Source of the DNA: an uncultured Nitrospiraceae bacterium
GTDB taxonomy: Bacteria; Nitrospirota; Thermodesulfovibrionia; Thermodesulfovibrionales; Dissulfurispiraceae
Length of the DNA stretch: 64,000 nt
Assembly: GCA_963705105.1 (NCBI GenBank)
Contig: CAVPIW010000014.1
Coordinates: 254,262 to 318,261, forward strand
Direction: 5' to 3'
The notes beneath the pieces are model-generated. The model made no database searches, was not told the DNA's origin, and worked only from the letters and a program-made list of their open reading frames with translations. This document shows, piece by piece, positions 10,268 to 18,769 of the stretch (within the stretch, counting starts at the first letter, position 1; each line of letters opens with the position of its first letter). Both the position numbers and the translations under genes were made by a program.

Positions 10268-11574
10268 CCTCCCCGGAGAAGGCTCCGCGAATGGCGGTCT
10301 CGTTCCGGGAAGCCTTTCTCTGGTGGCTGAAGCTCGGCTTTATCAGTTTCGGCGGCCCGACGGGACAGATCGCCATCCTGCACAAGGAGCTGGTCGATAA
10401 GCGGAAGTGGATATCGGAAGATCACTTTCTCCAGGCATTGAATTTCTGCATGCTCCTGCCCGGACCTGAGGCCCAGCAGCTCTGCGTCTACATCGGCTGG
10501 CTGCTCCACAAGACCTGGGGCGGCATCGTGGCAGGAACACTCTTCGTGCTCCCTTCCGTCTTCATATTGCTCGGGTTGTCCTGGCTCTATGCGGCAATGG
10601 GCACAGTGCCTGCCGTTGCCGCCCTCCTGTACGGCCTGAAACCCGCCGTCGTCGCCATCGTCGCAGAGGCTGTCCTGAGGATAGCGAAGAAGGCGCTGAA
10701 GAACTGGTTCTTCGTGGCGGTGGCGGCAGCGTCCTTCCTGTGCATTTATGTTCTTTCAGTGCCCTTTCCGGTCATCGTTTTCTCTGCTGCCGCATTGGGG
10801 TTCGTCATGAAACAGGTGGCGCCGCGCCTGTTCAGTTCGGCGGGGACGACGACCAGTGAAGACGCCGAAACCCTTATCAGCACCCTTGCGGCTCAGATGC
10901 GAGGCACGGGCTGGCGTCCCGCCCTCAGCACTTTGCTGATGTGGGTCGCCATATGGGCGGCGCCCGTTGTTGCTGTTGCACTTTGGAAGGGAAAGAGCAT
11001 CTTCACAGAAATAGGCAGACTTTTCAGTACGGCGGCTATGGTGACCTTCGGCGGGGCCTATTCGGTCCTTGCCTACGTCGGACAGGAGGCGGTCGACAAA
11101 TACGGCTGGCTCCAGCCTGAGCAGATGATGGACGCGCTCGCCCTGGCCGAGACCACGCCGGGTCCTCTCATCATGGTCAACCAATTCGTGGGCTACATTG
11201 CGGCCTATCAGAACCCCGGCGACCTGAACCCGGCCGCCGCCGGCATCATTGGGGGACTCCTGACCACGTGGGTGACCTTCGCACCGTCTTTCCTGATGAT
11301 TTTCCTTCTCGCGCCTTATATAGAGGTGCTTCGCAAAAACGCCCTGCTGTCGACGGCGCTGGCCGCGGTGACGGCGGCGGTCGTCGGCGTGGTGCTGAAC
11401 CTGGGAGTATCCTTTACCCGTCATGCACTATTGCCGGAAACGGGCGGCTTCGACTGGTACGCACTCATCGCATCTATCATCACCTTTATAGGATTGCAGT
11501 ACCGCCATTGGCCGATGATTCCCGTCATTCTCGGATCGGCGGCAGCGGGATATGCATGGAAAATGCTGTTTTGA
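10246..11574 (+). CDS. chrA: Chromate efflux transporter ChrA (long-chain CHR family)
   Basis: LGFISFGGPTGQIA, LPGPEAQQL, TFGGAYSVL and ETTPGPLIMV motifs. Confidence 0.95.
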   Translation: MEENTEIASPEKAPRMAVSFREAFLWWLKLGFISFGGPTGQIAILHKELVDKRKWISEDHFLQALNFCMLLPGPEAQQLCVYIGWLLHKTWGGIVAGTLFVLPSVFILLGLSWLYAAMGTVPAVAALLYGLKPAVVAIVAEAVLRIAKKALKNWFFVAVAAASFLCIYVLSVPFPVIVFSAAALGFVMKQVAPRLFSSAGTTTSEDAETLISTLAAQMRGTGWRPALSTLLMWVAIWAAPVVAVALWKGKSIFTEIGRLFSTAAMVTFGGAYSVLAYVGQEAVDKYGWLQPEQMMDALALAETTPGPLIMVNQFVGYIAAYQNPGDLNPAAAGIIGGLLTTWVTFAPSFLMIFLLAPYIEVLRKNALLSTALAAVTAAVVGVVLNLGVSFTRHALLPETGGFDWYALIASIITFIGLQYRHWPMIPVILGSAAAGYAWKMLF

Positions 11575-11584
11575 CACGATGGCG

Positions 11585-11804
11585 TTGAACCTATCGTTGT
11601 ATACGCCCTCAGGAAAGGCGGGGTGTATGCGCCGAAAACCTTGCTGCGGCGACACCGAACCCGTCGCGGAAGACAGCGGTTCAAACCAATGGTCGATGAC
11701 ACAAAGAGTGTAATCCTGAAACACGAACCTGACAATGCTCATCGTCGCCTTCAGCAAGGCTTTGAGGCGTTTCGCCCCGCCTTTCCGCGCAACAACGAGG
11801 TAAA
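11585..11804 (+). repeat. ~220-bp palindromic dispersed repeat, copy 2
   Basis: CCTATCGTTGTATACG..GAAAGGCGGGGTGTATGC..AAAACCTTGCTGCGGCGACACC..ATGGTCGATGACACAAAGAG..CAGCAAGGCTTTGAGGCG..CCCCGCCTTT. Confidence 0.85.
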
Positions 11805-11839
11805 GCCCCATTCCTGGATCTCAACTGAAAGGACTGCTC

Positions 11840-11868
11840 TTGACTGAAAATGTAGCAAGAGTTACAAT
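11840..11868 (+). promoter_or_regulatory. sigma70 promoter with an imperfect inverted repeat
   Basis: TTGACT, 17-bp spacer, TACAAT; imperfect palindrome TGTAGC-AAGA-GTTACA overlaps the spacer and -10. Confidence 0.6.
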
Positions 11869-11910
11869 ATTAACAGGAATAACAAATTAGGACGCGCAAG
11901 GAGGATCAAT

Positions 11911-12195
11911 ATGCCCCCCATTACGGATCATGTGAAGACGAGCATTGAGCGAACGGGAAAGGAATACCGGGACATTCACGAGTGGCTTGACAAGGACCCT
12001 GAGAAGAAGGCCGAACGGCACGATATCACCAGGATGTATGAATACGGAAAAACGATTGAGGAGAAGTACGGAGAAGAGGGACTTCAGGAATATATCCGTC
12101 ACATTCATGACGACGTGAGGGCCAAATTCGACCACCTGAAGGAGGATCTTGATAAGGCGATCGCCGACACGCTCGCGTACTTCGGCGTTAAATAG
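11911..12195 (+). CDS. Hypothetical 94-aa protein
   Basis: AGGAGG SD; coding-like composition; several His residues (H...HEWLD, ERH, HIHDD). Confidence 0.75.
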   Translation: MPPITDHVKTSIERTGKEYRDIHEWLDKDPEKKAERHDITRMYEYGKTIEEKYGEEGLQEYIRHIHDDVRAKFDHLKEDLDKAIADTLAYFGVK

Positions 12196-12363
12196 AGTCT
12201 GTTTATAAAGTAGACTTCATCTGTCATTCCCGCAACCCCGCACTTGATGCGGGGGCGTCGGAATCCTTTTGAAAGAACGATTCCGGACTGATCCTCGGCT
12301 GTGCGAGGACAAGAGCCGGGATGACAAACAAACTTCACTTCATGAGTTTATAAACAGACTCTA
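12193..12363. mobile_element. MITE-like element with perfect 17-bp TIRs and an internal REP-like palindrome
   Basis: TAGAGTCTGTTTATAAA (12193) / TTTATAAACAGACTCTA (to 12363); inside GTCATTCC...GGATGAC, CCCCGCA-CTTGA-TGCGGGG and GGAATC..GATTCC. Confidence 0.75.
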
Positions 12364-12385
12364 AATAGGAAAGAGGAGGAGGATA

Positions 12386-12934
12386 ATGAGTTACAAGATA
12401 CAGGAATCCGATATCGAAATCCTCGGGAACGCGGGGGTTTCCGGGGATGACATTGCACACTGCAGGGCCGTCGCTGAAAAGGCGCTGGAGATCGCCGAGC
12501 GGACAGGCGCTGATCTCGACATGGAGCTGGTCGGCAGGGGCGCGCTCTTCCACGACCTCGGCAAGGCGACGACACACGAAATAGTGCACGGCAAGATCGG
12601 CGCTGAACTGGGAGGGCAGCTCGGCCTCCCGCAGCAGGTCACCGCTATCATGGAGAAGCACATTCGCGGGGGACTCACGGAAGAGGAGGCCGTCGAGCTC
12701 GGGCTGCCCGTAAAAGACTACACGTTGAAGTCTCTCGAAGAGAAGATCGTCATCTATGCCGACCGTCTCGTGGACATCATCACCGACGGCATCGTGCCGA
12801 TACGGTCGGAAGCGGAAGCCGAAGAGCGGTTCGAGGAGATCCTCAGGGAGATTCCCAAATACGGCAAGAACGACAAGACGCTCGTGCGCTACCTCGGCTA
12901 CCATCGGGAGATACAGGGCCTCATGAAGCGATGA
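12386..12934 (+). CDS. HD-domain (HDIG-type) metal-dependent phosphohydrolase
   Basis: H..AV, GALFHDLGK, HG..GA, KH and YADRL motifs. Confidence 0.9.
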   Translation: MSYKIQESDIEILGNAGVSGDDIAHCRAVAEKALEIAERTGADLDMELVGRGALFHDLGKATTHEIVHGKIGAELGGQLGLPQQVTAIMEKHIRGGLTEEEAVELGLPVKDYTLKSLEEKIVIYADRLVDIITDGIVPIRSEAEAEERFEEILREIPKYGKNDKTLVRYLGYHREIQGLMKR

Positions 12935-14142
12935 GATCTCCTTCTCCGTTCATCATGCTCTGCAGCGCGGGGCTTTTCGCCGTCTTCAGCTCCACGATCT
13001 CGAAGAGCCCTGTGCTGCCCCTCTTCGCCTCCCATCTCGGCGCCGACCCGGCCGGTGTGGGCACCGTCGCCGCCGTTTCGGCCTTCACCGGCGTTGTTGC
13101 GAGCGTGCCGGCAGGCATGATCTCGGACAGGATCGGGCGAAAAAGGATGCTGGTCATATCGGCGGTCATCTTCGCCTCGGCCCCGTTCCTTTACCAGTTC
13201 GCCGCGACTCTCTGGCATCTCGCCCTCATCAGGTTCTATCACGGCTTTGCAACGGCCATATTCGTTCCCGTCGCCATGGCCCTCGTCTCGGATCTCTTTC
13301 ACGGGGAGAGGGGCGAGAAGATGGGGTGGTTTTCGACGTCGACGCTGCTCGGAAGGTTCATGGCGCCGATCATCGGCGGGGTCGTCATCGGTTCTCTCGC
13401 CTTCAACCCCGGCCTCGGCTACCGGGTCGTCTACCTCGTCTGCGGCGTCGCAGGGATCCTTGCTCTTCTGCTTACCCTGAAGCTGCCAGGCACAGAGACC
13501 GGCCACGCGGAATATCAATCGTGGAGAATGTCATTCAATATCCTGAAGGGTGTCATGTCGAACAGGGTCATCGTTCTGACGAGCGCCGTCGAGGCGTCGA
13601 TCCTCTTCGCCTATGGCACTTTCGAGACCTTCCTCCCCCTCTATGCGGTCCGGAAGGGCATCAGCGCCTATGAAGTGGGCCTGTTCCTGTCGTCCCAGGT
13701 CATAACTCTCGCCCTGACAAAACCGGTCATGGGCAGGTTCTCGGACAGGCACGGGCGAAGGCCGCAGATCGTGGCGGGAGCCGTCGTCGGCGCCTGCTGC
13801 ATCGGGAGTTTCTCTCTCTTCACGAGCTTTTTTCCCCTGCTGGCGCTGAGTGTCCTCTTCGGCCTGAGCCTCTCGGTCGTCACATCGGCCACGTCGGCCT
13901 TCATCGCCGATCAGAGCAGCAGGGAGAGCCACGGCTCCGCCATGGGGATGCTGGGCTCCATTATGGACATCGGGCATACCGCCGGGCCGTTCATCTCAGG
14001 CATAGTCGCGAGTCACCTGGGCTTCGCTGCGTCATTCCTCGGCGCGGCATTTGTCCTCGCAATCGCGTCCGTCATCTTCCTGCTCCTCATCGGCCTCAAA
14101 GACAACAAGGAATCGCCGCCGCAGGGGCAGGATCAACGGTGA
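12931..14142 (+). CDS. MFS transporter
   Basis: About 12 hydrophobic segments; motif A in both halves (GMISDRIGRKR, GRFSDRHGRRP); ATGA overlap with the HD gene. Confidence 0.92.
   Translation: MRSPSPFIMLCSAGLFAVFSSTISKSPVLPLFASHLGADPAGVGTVAAVSAFTGVVASVPAGMISDRIGRKRMLVISAVIFASAPFLYQFAATLWHLALIRFYHGFATAIFVPVAMALVSDLFHGERGEKMGWFSTSTLLGRFMAPIIGGVVIGSLAFNPGLGYRVVYLVCGVAGILALLLTLKLPGTETGHAEYQSWRMSFNILKGVMSNRVIVLTSAVEASILFAYGTFETFLPLYAVRKGISAYEVGLFLSSQVITLALTKPVMGRFSDRHGRRPQIVAGAVVGACCIGSFSLFTSFFPLLALSVLFGLSLSVVTSATSAFIADQSSRESHGSAMGMLGSIMDIGHTAGPFISGIVASHLGFAASFLGAAFVLAIASVIFLLLIGLKDNKESPPQGQDQR
13954..14125 (+). repeat. Left copy of a 172-bp direct repeat (3' end of the MFS gene); attL-like
   Basis: Colinear with 29834-30005 at ~84% identity by hand count; identical TTATGGACATCGGGCATACC block and identical last 30 bp. 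Confidence 0.85.
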
Positions 14143-14349
14143 CGCAGGTCAACCTCAACTCCATGGAGTGATACAGGCCCAAGCCTTGTTCTGATTGCTG
14201 AGAATTGAGATGTGGACCTCCTTTCCTTGCCGCAGATACGCCCCCTCATGCCGGCGACATCAGTATAGTCCCCCTGCAAGCCCGCCTTGCAAGCATTTGA
14301 AATTCTTGAATAGGTCCAACGGAAACATGTATGATTAAGTACTTATGGA

Positions 14350-14595
14350 ATGCGAGGTGCCACCGTGATAAAATTGACGAGAATAACTTTTAACCCTGAA
14401 GTAATGGGTGGAAAGCCCTGCATCAGGGGCATGCGTGTTACGGTCGGGATGATCGTCGGCATGATCGCCGCAGGTCATTCGAGGCAAGACATTCTGAAAC
14501 TCTATCCTTATTTGGAGCTCCCCGATATCGACGAGGCGCTGTCGTATGCAGCGTGGCGCTCGGAAGAAGTTGAGGTCCCCTTTCAGGCGGCGTGA
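14350..14595 (+). CDS. DUF433 family antitoxin
   Basis: RITFNPEVMGGKPCIRGMRVTV..I.....G.S...IL..YP.L...DI..AL.YAA. Confidence 0.92.
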   Translation: MRGATVIKLTRITFNPEVMGGKPCIRGMRVTVGMIVGMIAAGHSRQDILKLYPYLELPDIDEALSYAAWRSEEVEVPFQAA

Positions 14596-14954
14596 AACTC
14601 CTGATTGATATGAACCTTTCGCCCGAATGGGTCGAGGCACTTGAGACTGAAGGTGTTCACTCCGTTCACTGGTCGACAATCGGGTCTTCTTCGGCGTCTG
14701 ACAAAGAGCTCATGGTGTGGGCCAAAAGCAACGGCCATATCGTAGTGACCCATGACCTCGATTTTGGAGCAATCCTCGCTGCGACGAATGCCGATGCCCC
14801 AAGTGTAGTGCAATTGCGCTTTCAGGATTTGGCGCCTTCGCATGCAAGATGGCTTGTCGTCAAAGTGTTGCGTGATTATGGACGAGAGCTTGAGCAGGGG
14901 GCTCTGATAAGCCTCGACGAAGAGAAGGCGCGAGTCAGGATCCTGCCCCTTTGA
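14592..14954 (+). CDS. DUF5615 family PIN-like toxin
   Basis: MKLLIDMNLSP, D..L..WA, VVTHDLDFG and PSVV motifs; GTGA overlap with DUF433. Confidence 0.9.
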   Translation: MKLLIDMNLSPEWVEALETEGVHSVHWSTIGSSSASDKELMVWAKSNGHIVVTHDLDFGAILAATNADAPSVVQLRFQDLAPSHARWLVVKVLRDYGRELEQGALISLDEEKARVRILPL

Positions 14955-15007
14955 CAACTAACACCTGTCTGTTATTGAACACTTCATTCATTATGCACTG
15001 AATAGTC

Positions 15008-15230
15008 CTTTGTCAATTCGCTCCGTTTACCTGCAAGCCCGCGAAATTGTTAACCCGATAAATCAAATAACATCGCTGCCGACAACCTGATTTCGGAAGG
15101 AGGATGTTCCTCCGAGAGTCCGCGGCAAATGATTTTCCCAGAGTGATGCGGCGTCCTACCGGAAAGAATTTTCCGTAAGGACTGACGACCCGTCTTGGGT
15201 CTTTGTCAATTCGTTCCGTTCACCTGTAAA
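15008..15230 (+). repeat. Two ~30-bp imperfect direct repeats in the intergenic region upstream of the helicase
   Basis: CTTTGTCAATTCGCTCCGTTTACCTGCAA at 15008 and CTTTGTCAATTCGTTCCGTTCACCTGTAA at 15201. Confidence 0.7.
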
Positions 15231-15373
15231 CACGCAAATTCAAGCGCTTGCAATTATTCTGAATTGCTGGTAGAAATATATCAGTTTCACATTACTGCGA
15301 GCAGGTCAAGAAGTAGAGGTATCAGAGTGACATGCGCTGACGGAGCGGTGAAGTTGGAGGAGAGGTTTTTGGC

Positions 15374-18300
15374 ATGACGACAAGCCTGAGCGGTTCTGGC
15401 ATACGGGATAATTACCTGCACGGAAAGGCAGGCGACTTCCTCCGCGACGCCATTGTTTCAGATGCTAAGCTCTCCTTTGTGTCCGCCTATTTCACGATCC
15501 ACGCCTTTGATGCTTTGCGCGACATCCTTGAGATTGCCGGTAAGCTGCGGTTTCTTTTCGGTGAGCCCCGCTTTGTCCGCAGCCTTGACCGTGAGAACAA
15601 GCAGTCACGGCAATACCGCCTCACCGAGCAAGGTTTGTCGTTGGCCAATCAGCTCTCTCAGCGCCGATTGGCGAGGGAGTGTGCTGACTGGATCAGGCAC
15701 AAGGTTGAAATCCGCTCGGTAACACGATCCGGTTTCCTTCACGGAAAACTCTATCATATCCAAGATGGTAAACTTGCTCATGCCTTGGTGGGCAGTTCGA
15801 ACTTTACCGTGCCCGGTCTTGGATTGCTGCAACAAGGCAATAACATCGAGCTTAATCTTGTTGTCGCCGATGACCGCGACCGTGTTGATCTCCTGTCCTG
15901 GTTCGACAGCCTGTGGGACGACAACGCGCTTGTTGAAGATGTCAAAGACACAGTTCTTAAAGAACTCGCCCGACTGTACGCGAATCAATCACCTCAGTTC
16001 ATCTACTACCTGACGCTCTTTCATATCTTCAGGGACTTCCTCGAAGAGACACGAGACGTTGATGACGCCCTGCGTCGCACTGCGCTCCCGGATACCCGCA
16101 CTTGGCAGTCGCTCTTCGCGTTCCAGAAAGACGGCGCGAAAGCTGCCATCAACAAGATGTTGACCGTCAACGGGTGCATTCTTGCCGACAGCGTTGGTCT
16201 CGGCAAGACCTTCACCGCCCTTGCCGTGATCAAGTACTTCGAGTTGCGCAACGAACGCGTCCTTGTTCTTTGTCCGAAGAAGCTGCGGCGGAACTGGACG
16301 GTATACCGCTCCAACAGCACGCTCAATCCATTTCTCGAAGACCGATTTCGTTACGACGTCTTGTCGCATACTGATCTCTCACGAGACCGTGGGGACGTTG
16401 ACGGCATTGATCTTGCGACGCTGAACTGGGGCAATTATGACCTTATCGTGATCGATGAATCCCACAACTTCCGGAACAACGCTTTGGCTCAGAACCGGCC
16501 CGGCGGTTCACCGCGGCGAAGCCGTTATCAGCGTTTGATGGAGGACATCATCACCTCTGGAGTGCGCACCAAGGTTCTGCTGCTTTCGGCTACTCCGGTG
16601 AACAACCAGCTCGCCGACCTCCGCAACCAGATTTCCTTTATTGCCGGTGGAGATGTCGCGCGAGACGATAGGCCCGACGCAGCTTTTGATGCACCGCTGG
16701 GGATAGCCTCAGTACGCGAGACGACTCGCAAAGCGCAGATGCACTTTACGAACTGGTCCAAAAAGCCAGCCGCTGAGCGCAAGACCAGGGACCTACTGTC
16801 TGCCCTCGGCGGTGATTTTTTCAAGCTTCTCGATGGGTTAAGTATCGCCCGCTCTCGCCGGCAAATCGTGAGCTATTACGCCGACGAGATGAAACAGTTG
16901 GGCGGCTTCCCTGATCGGCTTGCACCGCAGGCGATAAGCCCCCAGATTGATTTGCAGCAACGCTATCTCTCCTTTGAACAGCTTGACCATGAGATCAGCG
17001 ACCTTCATCTTGCACTCTATCATCCTACCAGGTTTCTCCGTGACGAACTTCCAGGCTCAATACGCGCTGCCTATTTGGATACGATCCTGGGCGCCTTCAC
17101 TCAGGAAGGCCGTGAGCGAATCCTCATTGCAATGATGAAGGTGAATTTTCTCAAGCGCCTCGAAAGCTCAGTCGACTCATTCCGCCTTACCATTCGCCGC
17201 ACTATCGAGAAAATCGACCGCCTGGAAGAGCGTATTCTTGCCTTCGAGAAGCATCTCGACGACAATCCTGAAGTCGATTACGACGTACTCACGCCCGACC
17301 AGTTCGAGGATCCGGACTTCGAGGGCGAAGACTTCACTATTGGCGGCAAGAGGCGCATCCATCTCGGCCATCTGAAGCTCCCAGAGTGGCTCAAGGCGGT
17401 GCGCCATGACCGGACGCAACTCCAGTTCATGCTTCAAAAGACTGAATCGGTCAAACCCCACCGCGATGGGAAACTTGATGAACTCCGCCGCCTTATTGAC
17501 CGCAAAGTCCAGAATCCAACGACTGACCTGGACGGTCGCCCTAACAGGAAAGTGCTCGTCTTCACGGCCTTTGCCGATACCGCTCGCTATCTGCACGAGC
17601 AGCTTGAACCGTGGGCTCGGGCGCACCTCAATATCCACGTGGCGCGTGTCGTCGGTGAAGGGGACAATCGCACTTCCCTTGGCAGTTTGGATTACGACGA
17701 CATCCTCACAAACTTCTCTCCGCGATCAAAGCGTCGTGCTGAACAGCCGCGGTTTCCCCAAACAGAGGAGATCGATCTCCTCATTGCCACTGACTGCATT
17801 TCCGAGGGGCAGAACCTTCAGGACTGTGACCTCCTCATCAACTACGACATCCACTGGAACCCGGTCCGCATCATTCAGCGCTTCGGCCGAATTGACCGTA
17901 TCGGTTCGCGAAACCGGGCGGTGCAGCTCGTCAACTTCTGGCCCGTGGCTGACCTTGACAAATATCTCAACGTAAAGCACCGCGTCGAGGCACGGATGGC
18001 GCTCGTGGATCTGGCGGCGACGCAGACCGATAACCTCCTCGATCCGGGACAGCTCGAAGACCTTATCAAGGAAGACCTGCTTTTCCGTGACCGACAACTG
18101 AAACGTCTTAAGAACGAGATCCTCGACCTCGAAGACCTCGATGACTCAGTGTCCCTTACCGACTTTTCCCTTGACGAGTTCAGACTCGATCTCCTGCAGT
18201 TCATCGAATCGCGCAGGTCAGATCTGGAGGAAGCGGGCCTCGGCATTTACGCCGTCGTGCCACCAAAGGCGAACCTTCCTGCTTGCCGTCCGGGTGCCCT

Positions 18301-18769
18301 TTTCTGCGTTCGTCATCTCGGCAAAACAGATAGACCCTCCACAGTGTCCCAAGACGCCGAAGCAGGTGAACCGCGACCATCGGACTCGGCCAATATCAAT
18401 CCTCTGGCGCCTCATTATCTGGTCTATGTTCATGATGATGGAACGGTCCGCTTCACCTTCACCCAACCGAAGGAGTCATTGTTGCTGCTGCGTGAACTTG
18501 CTGCAGGTGAGCCCTCAGCATTTGAGAAGCTTTGCGACATTTTCGACGCGGCTACAAATGACGGCGCAGATATGAGTCATTACGATAACCTCATTCAAAA
18601 GGCCCTCTCATCCATAGAGCGTACCTTTCAACGCAAGGCCGCTGCGGGTCTGCTCGCAGGACGGGGTGGTGTGCTACCGAGAGCATCAGAAACACCCTTT
18701 GCCGATCAGAACCAATTCGAGCTCATCACATGGCTCGTCATCCTGGAACCGCAACAGGGGATCAAATAA
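15374..18769 (+). CDS. PLD-nuclease-domain SNF2/SF2 helicase (RM-associated)
   Basis: PLD HxK motif LHGKLY...GSSNFT; helicase motifs ADSVGLGKT, DESHN, SATP, ATDCISEGQNLQ, QRFGRIDR; GGAGGAG SD. Confidence 0.9.
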   Translation: MTTSLSGSGIRDNYLHGKAGDFLRDAIVSDAKLSFVSAYFTIHAFDALRDILEIAGKLRFLFGEPRFVRSLDRENKQSRQYRLTEQGLSLANQLSQRRLARECADWIRHKVEIRSVTRSGFLHGKLYHIQDGKLAHALVGSSNFTVPGLGLLQQGNNIELNLVVADDRDRVDLLSWFDSLWDDNALVEDVKDTVLKELARLYANQSPQFIYYLTLFHIFRDFLEETRDVDDALRRTALPDTRTWQSLFAFQKDGAKAAINKMLTVNGCILADSVGLGKTFTALAVIKYFELRNERVLVLCPKKLRRNWTVYRSNSTLNPFLEDRFRYDVLSHTDLSRDRGDVDGIDLATLNWGNYDLIVIDESHNFRNNALAQNRPGGSPRRSRYQRLMEDIITSGVRTKVLLLSATPVNNQLADLRNQISFIAGGDVARDDRPDAAFDAPLGIASVRETTRKAQMHFTNWSKKPAAERKTRDLLSALGGDFFKLLDGLSIARSRRQIVSYYADEMKQLGGFPDRLAPQAISPQIDLQQRYLSFEQLDHEISDLHLALYHPTRFLRDELPGSIRAAYLDTILGAFTQEGRERILIAMMKVNFLKRLESSVDSFRLTIRRTIEKIDRLEERILAFEKHLDDNPEVDYDVLTPDQFEDPDFEGEDFTIGGKRRIHLGHLKLPEWLKAVRHDRTQLQFMLQKTESVKPHRDGKLDELRRLIDRKVQNPTTDLDGRPNRKVLVFTAFADTARYLHEQLEPWARAHLNIHVARVVGEGDNRTSLGSLDYDDILTNFSPRSKRRAEQPRFPQTEEIDLLIATDCISEGQNLQDCDLLINYDIHWNPVRIIQRFGRIDRIGSRNRAVQLVNFWPVADLDKYLNVKHRVEARMALVDLAATQTDNLLDPGQLEDLIKEDLLFRDRQLKRLKNEILDLEDLDDSVSLTDFSLDEFRLDLLQFIESRRSDLEEAGLGIYAVVPPKANLPACRPGALFCVRHLGKTDRPSTVSQDAEAGEPRPSDSANINPLAPHYLVYVHDDGTVRFTFTQPKESLLLLRELAAGEPSAFEKLCDIFDAATNDGADMSHYDNLIQKALSSIERTFQRKAAAGLLAGRGGVLPRASETPFADQNQFELITWLVILEPQQGIK

